Origin: Selaginella moellendorffii
Lineage: Eukaryota; Plantae; Lycopodiophyta
NCBI RefSeq assembly: GCF_000143415.4
Contig: NW_003314292.1
Span: 1,750,100 to 1,814,099 of the forward strand
Reading direction: 5' to 3'
Length of the DNA: 64,000 bases
In this document: piece after piece, positions 47,675 through 60,699 of the stretch
How the letters are laid out: each line of letters opens with the position of its first letter
How positions within the stretch are numbered: the first letter of the stretch is position 1
Translations under genes and position numbers: made by a program
The notes under the pieces: model-generated
Seen by the model: only the letters and a program-made list of their open reading frames with translations
What the model was told of the DNA's origin: nothing
The model's database searches: none

Positions 47675-48718
47675 ATGGATTGCAAGAAGGCGCTCATCAC
47701 CGGCATCACAGGCCAGGACGGCTCCTACCTCACCGAGTTCCTCCTCTCCAAAGGCTACGAGGTCCACGGGATCATCCGCCGCTCCTCCAACTTCAACACC
47801 CAGCGCCTGGATCACATCTACATCGACCCCCACATCTCCGCCGCCCGGATGAAGCTCCACTACGGCGATCTCGCCGACGCCTCCGCCCTGCGCAAGTGGG
47901 TCGACGCCATCCTCCCCGACGAAGTCTACAACCTGGGCGCCCAGTCCCACGTCGGCGTCTCCTTCGAGAATCCAGACTACACCGCCGACGTCGTCGCCAC
48001 TGGAGCTCTCCGCCTCCTCGAGGCCGTCAAGACCCACTGCGCCACCACGGGTCGCCAGATCCGCTACTACCAGGCCGGATCCTCCGAGATGTATGGCTCC
48101 ACGCCGCCGCCCCAGGACGAGGCCACCGCGTTCCACCCCCGGAGCCCCTACGCCGCCGCCAAGGTGGCCGCGCACTGGTACACCGTCAACTATCGCGAGG
48201 CCTATGGTCTCTTCGCTTGCAATGGCATCCTCTTCAACCACGAGAGCCCCCGGCGCGGCGAGAACTTCGTCACCCGCAAGATCACTCGCGCAGTCGGGCG
48301 GATCAAAGTCGGGCTCCAGAAGAAGCTCTTCCTCGGCAACCTCAAGGCGAGCAGGGACTGGGGATTCGCCGGTGACTACGTCCAGGCGATGTGGCTCATG
48401 CTCCAGCAGGAGACGCCGGATGACTACGTGGTGGCCACCGAGGAGTCGCACACCGTGGAGGAGTTTCTCGAGGAGGCGTTTGGCTACGTTGGTCTCGAGT
48501 GGAGGGAGCACGTCGAGATTGATCCCAGGTACTTTCGGCCCACCGAGGTGGATAATCTCCGCGGCTCGGCGGCCAAGGCCAGGAGTGCGCTGGGATGGAA
48601 GCCCAAGGTGTCGTTCAAGCAGCTGGTGGCCATGATGGTGGACTCGGATCTGGAGAAAGCACAGCGTGAGAAGGTGCTTGTGGAGCACGGGTTTATCGAT
48701 TCTCATCAGCAGCCGTAG
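47675..48718 (+). CDS. GMD: GDP-mannose 4,6-dehydratase (intronless)
   Basis: [81 protein letters not shown]. Confidence 0.97.
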   Translation: MDCKKALITGITGQDGSYLTEFLLSKGYEVHGIIRRSSNFNTQRLDHIYIDPHISAARMKLHYGDLADASALRKWVDAILPDEVYNLGAQSHVGVSFENPDYTADVVATGALRLLEAVKTHCATTGRQIRYYQAGSSEMYGSTPPPQDEATAFHPRSPYAAAKVAAHWYTVNYREAYGLFACNGILFNHESPRRGENFVTRKITRAVGRIKVGLQKKLFLGNLKASRDWGFAGDYVQAMWLMLQQETPDDYVVATEESHTVEEFLEEAFGYVGLEWREHVEIDPRYFRPTEVDNLRGSAAKARSALGWKPKVSFKQLVAMMVDSDLEKAQREKVLVEHGFIDSHQQP

Positions 48719-49773
48719 CGGCTTTCCAGTTTTTTTGGCTTGTTCCAGGTTTGCTCTCGTTTGTTTTGCTTCCGATCCGAGAGTCGGGGTGAGTGAGTGG
48801 AGCAAATGAGCGAGCTTTGATCCGTCGTCTTTCTTTCTCGATGAATTCGTGATCACATCCAATAAGTTTTCTCTCTTCCAGCAGAGCAGGACTTCTTCGT
48901 TTGCGCGAGAATACTTGCTATGTAAAAGCTTGGACAAGCCGCAAGAATATAATTTTCACATGTAGCTGGAGTCTTCCGTTACTTCTCCTTTCTGTGAAGG
49001 AACCGAGAATAATAAGAGAAAATAAGTGGATGATCTTCCACCTCCTTTATGCCGATGACATTCTCCTAATTGCGCTCACATGGAAAAGTCGTCCCCCAGC
49101 ACAAATTAGCGGACGCCGCCATCCAAGAATCACAGGAAATGGCGGACAGGAAGGCGGCAGAACCTCAAGGACTGGACGGCCACACTTGGCCACGGCCTGC
49201 ACACCCTCCGGGTAGAACTAATCGACCAGCTGGAATTCTGGACTCCAGCGATGGTGTGATCTATGAACGCAGGATAACACACTGTTGGGACTCCGACACG
49301 GTCCGAGTTCTACCAAAAGGTGGCGGCGGCCCATCAGTGCCCATTGCTTAATTACGTGCGTGTCTGTCTTGGCGAAGGTGGGCTTACACTGAGCAGTGCG
49401 CGTTTCTTCGGTGGATGGAAGCACAGCGCCAAGGGATGATGCATGCACTTGCAGCCATGACCCGTCAACCTCTTCCCCAGCACAAAGTGGGTGTCAAGCG
49501 AAAGAGGGGTCAAGGCAAGCCGCAGGAAAACATGACTGACGGAGTAATTCGGCCATTCAACAAAGCCAACGTGAATCCTTCGATTTCATGCTTGCTGAGA
49601 CTTTGTATAAACAGTTGATGAATGACACACCAAGGTCCTTGGGAAAATCATTGCGAAAAAGATTAACTTTGATTTATATTATGTAACCAGCACAGAACAC
49701 TTTACTTTGATCGCAGCAAGCATGTTCTCTTCTCCAGTTGCTCTTTTACTGCCTCTCTTCTCCAGTTGCTCTT

Positions 49774-51711
49774 TTACTGCCTCTTCAGTGAAGATGTCAG
49801 CTCAAGTGCTTTTATGAAAACACCATCAACGTCTTTGGGACTTGCGACGGCCGAGAAAACAATATATGTTTCATTGTAACTAACACTACCAGCAGACAAC
49901 TGCCTTGAGGGAAACCAATCTGGCTTACCACCCTCTGGACCAATCCAGTGAAAACCCCATCTGATATTCTTGAGAACATAGCCACCTATATAAAGACTCA
50001 TGTCCTCCGGCTTGAAGAACTTGTCCACACTCTGCCATTTTTTTATCCCCTTTTGTGGCCCAACAGAAACTCGAAACACGTCAATGAAGAGCAGATCACT
50101 TTCCACTCTTCGAGTCGCAAAGTCAACACAACAGCGTTGCCAGCTGCTGGGGATATAAGTTGTTGGCAAGTGTGTTAGGACTGCTCCCAGCTTCGAGTCG
50201 AAGTAACGAAAAGCTTCGATCTTTTTTCCCTTCAATGGACCCATGCCCCACTGTTTCGCGATGTGGATTACGACCAGTTCCACCATAAGTCCAACCAGCG
50301 ACGGTACAGGGTGTGCGGCCATGCATTCTTCAATGAGCTGCTCCGCCACTTTCATCATCAAGGCATCTCCATCTGCCTTACCGAAATGCATTCCAACGGC
50401 GGCCACAACCATTTCCTTTGCAAGATCAGAAACCAGCGCAAACTTGTCTCCGTTTTGTACAATCCACCGAGGATTGAAATCATCAGAGTCAATCCTGCCT
50501 CTGCCAGTTATCAGATCCGATAGTGCAGCCGCCGCTCTTCTCCTCCTGACAGGTTCCAAGGCAGCTATGTCCATCACCCACTGTTCCAAAGTCCTTCGTT
50601 GTTGTTCGACATCCCTGGTGCACAGGAACTTCTCCCTGGCCTCGTTATCACGATCTGGAGAACTCGCCGCTGCAACGTAGCAATCCACGAAAAGACGTAC
50701 CATGAGTGGCAAACCTCCCGTCAATGCCTGCATTCCACCAGGCTCGGACAGCAAGCCCTTCCGGGTGATGTACTGCTTGATCTCCTCAGGCGTGAAGGCT
50801 GTGTATTTGCAAAGGTAGTTGCTGTTGTAAGTGGACTTAAAAGCCCTGCTTAACGCTTCATTCCGCCTTGCGTGCAAGCAGGTTGAGCTTTCCTCCAGAG
50901 TTTCCAAAGTAAGCCAGACTTCCATAAGGGAACTGTTGGATGTTCTATCGTCCAAAACATTGTACTCGTCGATCACAAAGAACAGGTCGTTGGTGTCTTT
51001 CAACCATGTCACCACCTCCATCATCTCCTCCCAATCTGTAATGCAGCACAACCGGTTGCACGTCCGAGTATCCTCCGCAAAGGCCACCAAGAGAGCCTCC
51101 CTGATCGCCGTCAGCAAGCCGGAGCGCTCCTCCGGCATCCTGAAGATGCAAACCAGCCGCGACTTCCTTGCTGCTGTTCCATTCCCCTTCGAGAACGTGT
51201 GGAGACAATGCAAAGCTAGCATGAGTAAGAGGTAAGTTTTACCCGAGCCGACATTCCCGTCCAAATCTATCACATTTGATATCTCATCGTTCTTTCTCGC
51301 CGCTGTGAATCTGTCCAGTATGTCCTTGAAGACTGGGCGCCCCACAAGCCAGATGCCATCAGTCTCTGACGAAACGTGCGGCACGCTGGGCTGCAAGCTC
51401 GGCCATGGCAGCTTGTCAAACACTTTCACCTCCTCGAAATCCACACTTAGAAGCGCTGCGACGGAATCCGCGATGCTCCGCACGCGCCGCAGCACTGCAT
51501 CTGAACGACTGTTGCGGAACATGCCCGCCGCTGACATCTCGTTGCGGCAGCCTGGCGGTAATAGAGCCCTGGCATCTTCTTCCTTCAAATCCTTGACAGA
51601 GAACAAGAGCTGCGACTCCACTACATCCACCAGCTTGCGCTTCGCAGGAGTGGAGTAGCCTGGAAGCCGATCGATCCAATCGCGGAGGGACTCGTTTTCG
51701 TCGGCCGCCAT
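49774..51711 (-). CDS. Crinkler/RHS-type protein: N-terminal header + P-loop NTPase + restriction-endonuclease-like C-terminus (intronless)
   Basis: LVGRP, Walker A GNVGSGKT, Walker B LFFVIDE, TGGLPL (GxP), and C-terminal E...YIPSSWQRCCVDF...VFRVSV resembling the PD-(D/E)xK core of CR-REases. ATG 51711 lies near telo-like repeats. Confidence 0.7.
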   Translation of the reverse strand: MAADENESLRDWIDRLPGYSTPAKRKLVDVVESQLLFSVKDLKEEDARALLPPGCRNEMSAAGMFRNSRSDAVLRRVRSIADSVAALLSVDFEEVKVFDKLPWPSLQPSVPHVSSETDGIWLVGRPVFKDILDRFTAARKNDEISNVIDLDGNVGSGKTYLLLMLALHCLHTFSKGNGTAARKSRLVCIFRMPEERSGLLTAIREALLVAFAEDTRTCNRLCCITDWEEMMEVVTWLKDTNDLFFVIDEYNVLDDRTSNSSLMEVWLTLETLEESSTCLHARRNEALSRAFKSTYNSNYLCKYTAFTPEEIKQYITRKGLLSEPGGMQALTGGLPLMVRLFVDCYVAAASSPDRDNEAREKFLCTRDVEQQRRTLEQWVMDIAALEPVRRRRAAAALSDLITGRGRIDSDDFNPRWIVQNGDKFALVSDLAKEMVVAAVGMHFGKADGDALMMKVAEQLIEECMAAHPVPSLVGLMVELVVIHIAKQWGMGPLKGKKIEAFRYFDSKLGAVLTHLPTTYIPSSWQRCCVDFATRRVESDLLFIDVFRVSVGPQKGIKKWQSVDKFFKPEDMSLYIGGYVLKNIRWGFHWIGPEGGKPDWFPSRQLSAGSVSYNETYIVFSAVASPKDVDGVFIKALELTSSLKRQ

Positions 51712-52099
51712 GAAAATCCCTAACAAAACCCTAAACAAAAATCCCTAACATCGCGTGCTGCTCGAGAGGTTACCGTATGGAGGCTTCGTACTTCTCGTCA
51801 GACCAGAGATTGTCCAGATTTGTTCGTGGGTAGTGATTTCAGCATTAAGGTCAACTCTTCCTCTATGAAATGGTTGTCCACATCTTTCCACAAAGCTCTT
51901 CACAGTAGGCTTTCACGTCTTGCTCTTGAACAATTCATCTAGCATCCTGCCAAGTAAGAGGCTGAAGATCTCTGTTTTGATGAAATGTATATATATATTT
52001 CTTAATGTTTCATAAGGACTTAACAACATCAAGATTGCACTCTCACAAGGAGAAATTAGCAAAACTACAAGCACATTCACACCTTACTTGGATCTATGA

Positions 52100-55000
52100 G
52101 TTGAAATTACATTGCAATCAAACATCATTTTCACATTGGAAGCATTGGAGGCAGTGAGATGCTATATGGGGTTTCATATGTCATAGAGCATAGCTTTCAA
52201 TTTCACAGTGGAGTCATTTGGGAGTTGAATAGCCAAGAGCAGCATTGGGTATTTGTGTCCTCCAACTCATGGTTAGAGGGGACCTACCAAAGACTTAGAA
52301 AAAAAAAGCGAAGAGCAAGCTAAAAGGCACTAGAGAGAGAGAGAGTGAGGAGGAGTGAGGGAGGGAGCATGGCAACATCAAGCATAGCTCTTCTCATTCC
52401 TCCTCTTCCTCTCTTATCTCAACAAAAGCTTTTCCACTTTTGGACCTTGATCTAAGAGTTTCTTTGATTCCTTCCATGGAGGGCTTGTAGAAGTAGAGTT
52501 TCACATCCTTCTATAGTGGGGGTGCAACTGCCCACATCTGCCATGCACTATAGCCAGGGTTAGGGTTCTTGGTGTGGTATGCAAGTTTCAGCAATTTGGG
52601 GCTTTTAGTTTTCTAGGATTTCTCTTCATGGCTAGCATCTAGGGGATGTAAAGTGATCTCCTGCAGCAGCACAACATTCTGATCCCAGATCTACGAGATT
52701 TGAGTGACTTTACATTGCAATATGGCTCTCTTTTTCGGCACCTCCATGAGGTACAACATCACTTGTGGAAACAAGTCCCTAGCACAAATCTCATTTGTCC
52801 TAGGTTTTTAGGGTCATTCACCAACAGTTGGTAGCTAGGGTTTAACTATAGCATATAGAGAGCTTGCATTATTGCAACAAGAGACCCTCTAAATCCTTAG
52901 GAACAAAAGACCTTTTAAATTCCAAGCTTTGGGTGCTTATTTTACTTCAGGACCCTAGGGAGAAACATTGTGGCCTAACAGCCCGGTATGGGTACCTTTA
53001 CCCCCCATTTCTGTCCCAAAGGGAAAGCTCAACCCTTTAAGAAGTGAGGATTAATGAGCCGCATAGTATTCAAGTGGGGCACTACTCCACCTGAGTTTGG
53101 GGCACCACAATCAATTTCCTTTTTGGGAGTGGAAGTTGCTCTTAAGCATTTCTTTGAGCGGTCTCGAACTCGGTTTTGGAGTTAGTCTCGGACTCAGTCT
53201 TGGAGTCGGCCTTGGACTCGATCTCGGATTCGGTTTCAAACTCGATCTTGGATTCGGTTTCATCTGATGAACTCTTTATGATTTTGGTCGTGATTTTAGG
53301 GATCCTTTAGCCTTTAACATCTTGTGGAGTTGGTTCTTTACAACTCCACCACCCATAAAAGAAGTTCGATGCCTATATCAAACATTTTTATTTAATCTTA
53401 TGACTTGTTGACTATGTCTCCAAAGGCATCCCTCCACTTAGTGGTGTGCCTAAGTCAGCCTCCTTAACTAAGAAAAAATGCTAATGAGATCTAAGTGTCC
53501 CTATACTACTCACCTCACCTCACCTTGCCCTAGTATAGGGTTGAGATTTGGACTCAACCTTACTTCACTAGAGGGTTGAAATTCAAATCCAACCTTTGTA
53601 AAATATGTTTATGGATTCGACATCCCCTTGGGGAGTCAAATGTAGCTCCCTATGCTTGGTAGACCCATGATAATTAGCTTACCTTTGGCGTGCTTTCAGG
53701 TCCTAACATAATTTCACAAATGGATACTTTAATTGAACTTTGCATAAATATATAAAATTCTACCTTGCAAAAATTCGTCCACTAGATCTTGCACATTTTC
53801 TAGATTCTCCTCCAATTCCTATATTACTTTGCAGAGCGGAAATCATTTCCACTTTACATGGATCTCCTTCACCTCACATTCTTGTCACTTGCTCTTATGC
53901 ACATTGAGGATGGCTTCGACTTCGTATTCTTCCTCCCCTTTGATAACCCCTTTTTTCCAATCGGTTAAGGGTTTTGGGATATTTAGGGTTAAACATCCTT
54001 GGGTTTGAATTACTGGGTTGAGTGACGTTTTGGGAAGTCCAAATTCAAGAGTTTACAACAAGATGCATATTCCCCTATCTTTTGGAGAAGTTGGAAGCGT
54101 TAAAGCATATTATCAATTTGAGCCTTAATCTCATAAGGTTTTGCAAATTTTCTTAAAGAATTCAAGATTAGTTCATTTCTAGGAATACATATATTTTACC
54201 TTTGGGTCAAATTTCTGGCTGATCCCACTTGGTAACCTTAAGTTTTTGGTGTTTAACCACACCCTATCCCCAACTTAGAGCTCTACATTTCAATACTTCT
54301 AGTTTGCACATTGGTTTACCTTTGTTAAGCCTGTTTTAAAAAATCCCTCATTAGATTCCAAATGTTAAATCTTTCCGCCGTGAACACCTCTATTGTGTGG
54401 GGAACTATCCATGATATGTGGCCATACTGAGTTCTACGGGACCTTCAATAACTCACTCATTAATAACTTCCCATGGACTTAACCTGATACTTGAATTTGG
54501 TGAATTGTTATACACATTTTTGCAAGTCTTAAATGATTTACCCAATTAATATGGTCTCTAAAGACATAGCATCACAAATAATCTTCTAGCCGGTGATAAG
54601 CTATGATGAATTTTAACTTGGTATGATATTGCTTTATAAGAGTTCTTCAGAACTTATTGGTGAAAATTTTATTTTGATCTAAGATAATTTCTTCTGACCT
54701 TCCCCGCACTCGAACCACTTGTTTGAAGAATAACTTTGCCATACCTTTCGCAACCACTTTCGTTGTAATAGGTATGAAATGTGTCATTTTAAAAAACCGA
54801 TCCACCTTACAAATATCACATCAAACCCCTCACTTGGGGGAATTCCATAATGAAGTCCATCGTAAGATATTTCTATGGAATTTGGAAGATCTAAAATTGG
54901 GAGGCTTTGTAATAAGCCCCCACTAACTTTAATTATGGCTTTTACTTGCTGGCATATTGGATATGTTTTTATATAGTTTTGAATATCCTTAGCCATGTTT

Positions 55001-55310
55001 AGCCAGTGATACTTTCTTTTGAATAAACCCATTGTCTTGGGCACTCTGCCATGTCCCGTAAGAAGTCTATCATAACACTATTCTAAGGCTACCTTCTTTA
55101 GTTCCCAAGCCAAAGGAAGTCCCAAGCCCCTAGGAAAGAGCGAGGACAAATAAGTTGTATAGTACTTAAATGGGGCATCATTACACTTGAGTCAGGAGCA
55201 CTACAATTGGTTTCCCCTTTGAGAGTGGGAATTGCTCTTAAGCACTTCTTTGGGTGGCCTCTTTGGCACCACTGGAGTCCATGCTCGCTCCCACCTCTAA
55301 CCCCCACTTT
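52100..55310 (-). mobile_element. Decayed chromovirus-type gypsy remnant (integrase + chromodomain + LTR pieces)
   Basis: Minus-strand integrase remnants (GHGRVPKTM..YHWLNMAKDIQNYIKTYPICQ, 54700-55090), chromodomain-like GEEEYEVEAIL near 53910-53940, hexamer array at 53160-53260, and a segment repeated at about 53060-53160 and 55155-55255. Boundaries approximate. Confidence 0.7.
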
Positions 55311-56799
55311 TGCTGTCTAGATTAAGACTAATTTAATATAGTTGTTAACTAACAAAATGCACAAATGCCAATAACACAAAGGTACAACCAACTATCAAAA
55401 CCATCTTTATTAAGACTAGTGAAACAAAATATTAATTTCCATTGAGCCTAACTATTCATCAACCATTTGAACCACCATAGATGGAAAATCTAATTTCCTT
55501 AGTATGCCCATAAAGAATAAGTAATCTCACTTCACTCTCAACTCCAATAATATTAATGTTAAGGCATCACTTCAATATCATTATTATTTTCATATTTAGA
55601 TCTCATGATCTTCCCATTCCTTTGTAGAGTACAACACATCTCCATCTAAACATAATTCCTGTAAGCCTTTGGGACCATCCCTTGACTCTACTAAGTCATT
55701 CAACTTTTGGACTTGTTAATCTAACATTCCGTAAATAACATAATTAAGCTAGTAAAAAGCAAAAATGAATCACCCCTCAAAACTTTTTAACAATAAAGCT
55801 AACCAAAGTCAAAGATACTATATTTAGTATTTAAGACTAATCCTTCAACAACACTAAGCTACAGATAACACTTTATCAAAGAATGAATCACTACGTTCAA
55901 GACGCAATAAAATCTAACACCATAAACTAAACACAACTAAATAATATTGACTCCGATGGAATCAAAATGCTAACAAGGAGAAACCATGCAAGACTAATAA
56001 CATGATCCTTGCAACACGATATGGTAGTGAGCTCATCATTACTAAATCATTAACAAGTTAAGTAAAGTGTCAATAGTTTTAAAAGAAATTTACAAGCAAT
56101 AATTAATCATAAAGCAACTAACAATCACTCTTCTACTCACTTTTATAAGACCTAAATACTAAACTCATATCATCAAATTATATATTTGTCCAATAGAAAG
56201 GTAACCCTTTAATATAAGTATAGATAAACAACTACTCGAATCCAATCAAACAACAATAAGCTCACTAACATGTATAGCTAATAACTCTAAGCATAATCAA
56301 AAAGGCTAGCCATACATAATCAACTCAGTTGAAACTAAAATGAAAATCATAATATAAACTCATATAGTATATAGCCTTTTAATAGACAAAGTTATAGTAT
56401 GGGTATTAACATCTCAATTGTAAACAACTAAGTTGGATATCACTATCCTTAGCCAAGGTGTAAAGCCACTAAGACCAAATCAAAATCAATAAGAGTTCAT
56501 TACTTTTATAGAGTTTAATGAAATGCAAAGTGCAACTTGCCACTAAATATAACACTATAAAAGAAAGGCACAAAAGTCACCTTTTTAGAAAAAGGCAATA
56601 ACCACTTTTCTATGCTAACACTAGACTTTATCCAACTCAATTGCTTTAACCCTAAATATCTGCATTATACAAACTACTTACTAAGGTCCAAACTAACAAA
56701 GTTAACTTTAACCCCTTCATTAGTTTGCAATCATAACCTAGACCAAACCTATAAGGACCTAAGGGGAAAATGCTCAATGAAAATCCTAGATCAAACCTA

Positions 56800-57950
56800 C
56801 AGGGACCTACACAAAGTGGGACTGTAAACTTCTATAGAGGCCGATACTATGATCTAAGAGTAATAGATAGTTAGCAATTATGATTGGATTAAAGCTTTTT
56901 ATGGCCTAGATGCCTTGGAATATAGAATGCAAAAATTTCAAACTACATTCTGTAAAGCCGAATAGGCATGCTTGGAGACATTATAGATACTCGAGACGCT
57001 AGCCCAGCACTAGTGGAAGCTAAATGACACTATCATCTATGCACTCCCTAGCAAAGTTTCCAGACTGATCTTCAAGGTGGGACATGTTAAACAACTTCTC
57101 ACTATAATCACTCTTAAATATGAAGAACTCTTGGATATGAGCAATGCCAAGCTAGTTTGCATCATTCAGATGGAGAAGAAGACAACATGCATAAATTTGG
57201 CAATACCAGAATGATAGTATGTCAAACTCTACTAGTTCCACTACCAAACACTAAAAGAATTGAAATGGGATTTGGCTGAATAGGAATGGAAGGATTATAA
57301 AGGATTCTTCCAGTATAAAACCAAACTTGGCCAAAGAGTGACTTGCCCCTTGGTACAAACCACATTTATCAAGAAAGTGAGAGCACAATAGATCCTACCC
57401 CAAAACTGTCCACAATGTATGAACAAGATTTGGAAAGGCTGCTAGTCCACTAAAACCCAATAGTTCATGTGGCTCACCTAGCATGAGCACCTCCCTCACA
57501 TCTCCCAAACACAACATGTAGTTTCTGTGGAGCAAAAGAAACATAATGCCATATTCTATAGGAATGTTCAGCAATACAAGAAGTTTGGGAAACCTCTATA
57601 GCAATTCTTAAATGAATCTTTTAAGGTGGTGCAGTTGTAACTTATGAATTAGTGCTATGGGGCTGCTTCATAAAAGGGAAGACCAAACACCCAAATTCTT
57701 GGAAATGGAGATACAATAAAAACCCCTACTTCAATCAACCTAACTAAATATTTTCACCAAGAGCATTTTTTATGTCCTCAAGGGATGTACTCTTGTAGAG
57801 CCTTAGAAGGCCTACTGCACCAAGATGTTTAATAACAAGAATCCCTCGGCTTAGGGAACAATCTCAAAAAGTTTGGCCACACTTCATCGTTGCACTGGCA
57901 TCCTAACTAAACACACTGACGAAGAGAGAAGATGAGGGAAAGATTGCTAA
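56800..57950 (+). mobile_element. 3' fragment of an L1-like LINE (zf-RVT region), decayed
   Basis: IWKGC..FMWLT..HLP..CSFCGAKET*CHIL*ECSAIQEVW near 57420-57590 matches the LINE C-terminal zinc finger. Confidence 0.65.
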
Positions 57951-60699
57951 GGAGCGAGCTCTTTGGCCATTCTTTAGACACTGAAGCTAAGTTAGCAAAG
58001 ACGATGGAAACCACGACTATGGCTTTGGCAACATTTGTCTAAGAACGACAGAATGTGTACCTTCTCAAGCCCCTCAGATTCTCCCTCGGGGACTTCAATT
58101 ACATCGACCACAATAGTCACAAACTTGAGTTTTAGTTTGGCTCTATCCTCCTCACCCCCCATTTGCTCTTTTCTAGTTTCAAGCATGTTGAAATTGGACT
58201 CTATGGTTTTATAGAGGATAAATAAATAAAACCCGATTGACAAAGTTAGACTAAAAAAGTTGGACAAGAAGAAAAAAAAATGATAATGCAACAAGAGAAA
58301 GCAAAGTGGGGAAAGAAGGTGCCAATGCAAAGGGAGTGAGTTCGGGTGCTCTGTGGGAGTGGAGTTGCCTCTCAAGCATGGTGTTAGATGGGTGTGAGGC
58401 ACTTCAATTGTTCACAACAACAATAATTAGAGTTGGGGTTTTTTGGTTTCAAAGAGGAATAGATCTAGATGGTTTGAGCAATGTCACAACTACTTTAAGT
58501 GTTTTTTGCCAATGGGTTTGGTTCTATCTTCGTTCTGTGCAACTTGTAAAAGTTACAGCAAAAGATAATAGTCAGCAAAACTCATTGTGTGGTCTAAGTT
58601 GGTTTCATGCCTTTTATTTGATTTTTTATTGTTAAAGATCTCCAAGCAAAGGTAAAGGATTAAAGTTGGAAGCAAAGCCTCTCCCTAAGTTGTAAAGCAT
58701 AGAAAGAAAAAATTGAAAGCATCTCTTTAAACCATTTTTATTTTATATTTGTTATTTGTAACTCCTATTCTTTAATGGTTCCAACTAACATTCTTTCTGC
58801 CCCCTCCTGGCCCCATTGCTAAAAATATTGGCTTGAAAAAAGATTCCTTTTAGTCCTTTGGAGAATAAGCTATAGAGGAGTAAAATTGTTGGGCTATAGA
58901 AAAGTAGAGTGAAAAATTCAAGTCTCAAAAGTCTTTCATTGTATGCATCAAAATAAAAAGAGTTTTGGGGATAAAAGACTTAGTAGCAGTAAAGTAATGA
59001 TCTAGAGCACAAGTTAGCGAGATCTCTTGCATAACAAAATTGGATTGGAAAGCTGAAATTAGTTTGGGTCCACTATGAAAGGTTTTAAAAGTTTAAGGAT
59101 CGCAATCCAAAATAGGAGTAACTAAGGAAATGGAGCCTCACAAGAATTGGAAGGTTGAGCTCGTTAGTTCAAAAAGAGCTAAAGAGTAGAGGTGTTAAAC
59201 ACGAAGCAAGATTGTGATGTTCAAAGGAAAAAAATCCTTATCTTGATGGCTAGGATGCAATCCACTTAAGAAGAATCAATGAAGGGAAAATTGTGTATGC
59301 AATAGGATAAGGAATTGAGGAATAATTGGAGTGGGAATCCTAAGGTAATGGCTAAGTGGTGCTTAATTGATAATCCTAGTTTATCGATAGCAAATTAAGC
59401 AAAATCAAGAAAGATAGTGGTGATGAAAAATTGAGGAAAGTATTGAATATGAGCAAAAAGGTAATTAATAGTAACACTCTAAAAACTCTGGGAAAGTTCA
59501 AGGAATAATAGTAGCTCTCTTCACATGGGTATTAATGTGGTTGGACAAGTCACTATCAAGTAGAAGAGGAAGAAGGAAAAAATGATGCATGGTGATGCAT
59601 GTGAAAAGATGGGTACTAAATCTAAGGAATGGATGCTTGGTAGTGTTATATCCGAGGAGAAGATGATAAAATCTAAGATGCTCATCATTTAGGCTAATAT
59701 CAAGGATAAAAAAGGGGGGGAAAAAATGTGGAAAAGCTTCTATTCTATCAAGAAATGATATGTGTCAATCAAAGCCTTTACTATATAAAAGGGACTTGTC
59801 GATTTGGAGGTCATTGTTTTCATTCTCAAAGGGAGGGTAGAGAAGAAAAAAAAAAGCTAAGTGTGAGCAAAAGCATAATGAGGTTGAGTTGAAAGCAGAG
59901 AGAATTGAGAGCAAACTAACAAAGAAAGCAAGGCACAAAGAAGAAGAAGGGGATCAAAGTAGCAAAGTGCTGAGAGGAAGCAATAGGGAAAATGAGAGGT
60001 ACGGGGGGAGAAGCAAGAGTTCGAGATTGAGGGGAGGAAAAATAACAAAGAAATGATGCCACATACAAGGGCAATAGCAAGAATAAGCATAACAAAAGGA
60101 AGAGTTAGGGGGAGTATAGTTGGGTCTGTTGGAAGTTCTTGACCTAAAGATCGCATTGGTAAGAGAGGTGTTATTAGTTAATGTGGAAAATAAAAGACAG
60201 ATAGATTCAAATGATAATGAAGGATTGTTACTCCAAAAAACAATTAGGAGAAATCACACAAAAGACCTCATGGAGTTTCTAGAGATGGGGGATGAAAGAG
60301 CAACTACAAGGGTAGAGGAAAAGGAAACTCTGGGGAAGGAAGCAAAGACAACATCTTCAATAGGGATTAAATGGAGAATTAAGCAAAATTGTCCATAAAA
60401 AAAGGCCTTTCTTGTTTTAGAGCAATCTAGGAAGAAAATGAAAGGAAGGAATAAAAGGCAAAACAATTGGTGGAGGAGGAAGTGAAGCAGATGGAGGAAG
60501 AGAATTAGAAAAGGAAAAAGTAAAGAATGTAGGGTTGGATAAAGAGGATAGACAAGAAAATCCAAGTGAAATAGATACAATAGCCTGAACATATGAAGCA
60601 TCAATTGAACAGAAAATGTTTAAAAGGATGTTGGATGAAGAGAGAAAAGGAAAGATGAAAGATGGAAAAGGAGAGGTGTCATCTTCAAGAACAGTGTAG

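Noticed and set aside
47624-48937. 437-aa antisense ORF
   Set aside because: Antisense shadow of the GC3-rich GMD gene.
48901-49618. Short ORFs, one containing HLLYADDILLI
   Set aside because: At most a tiny LINE RT scrap. No coherent gene can be supported.
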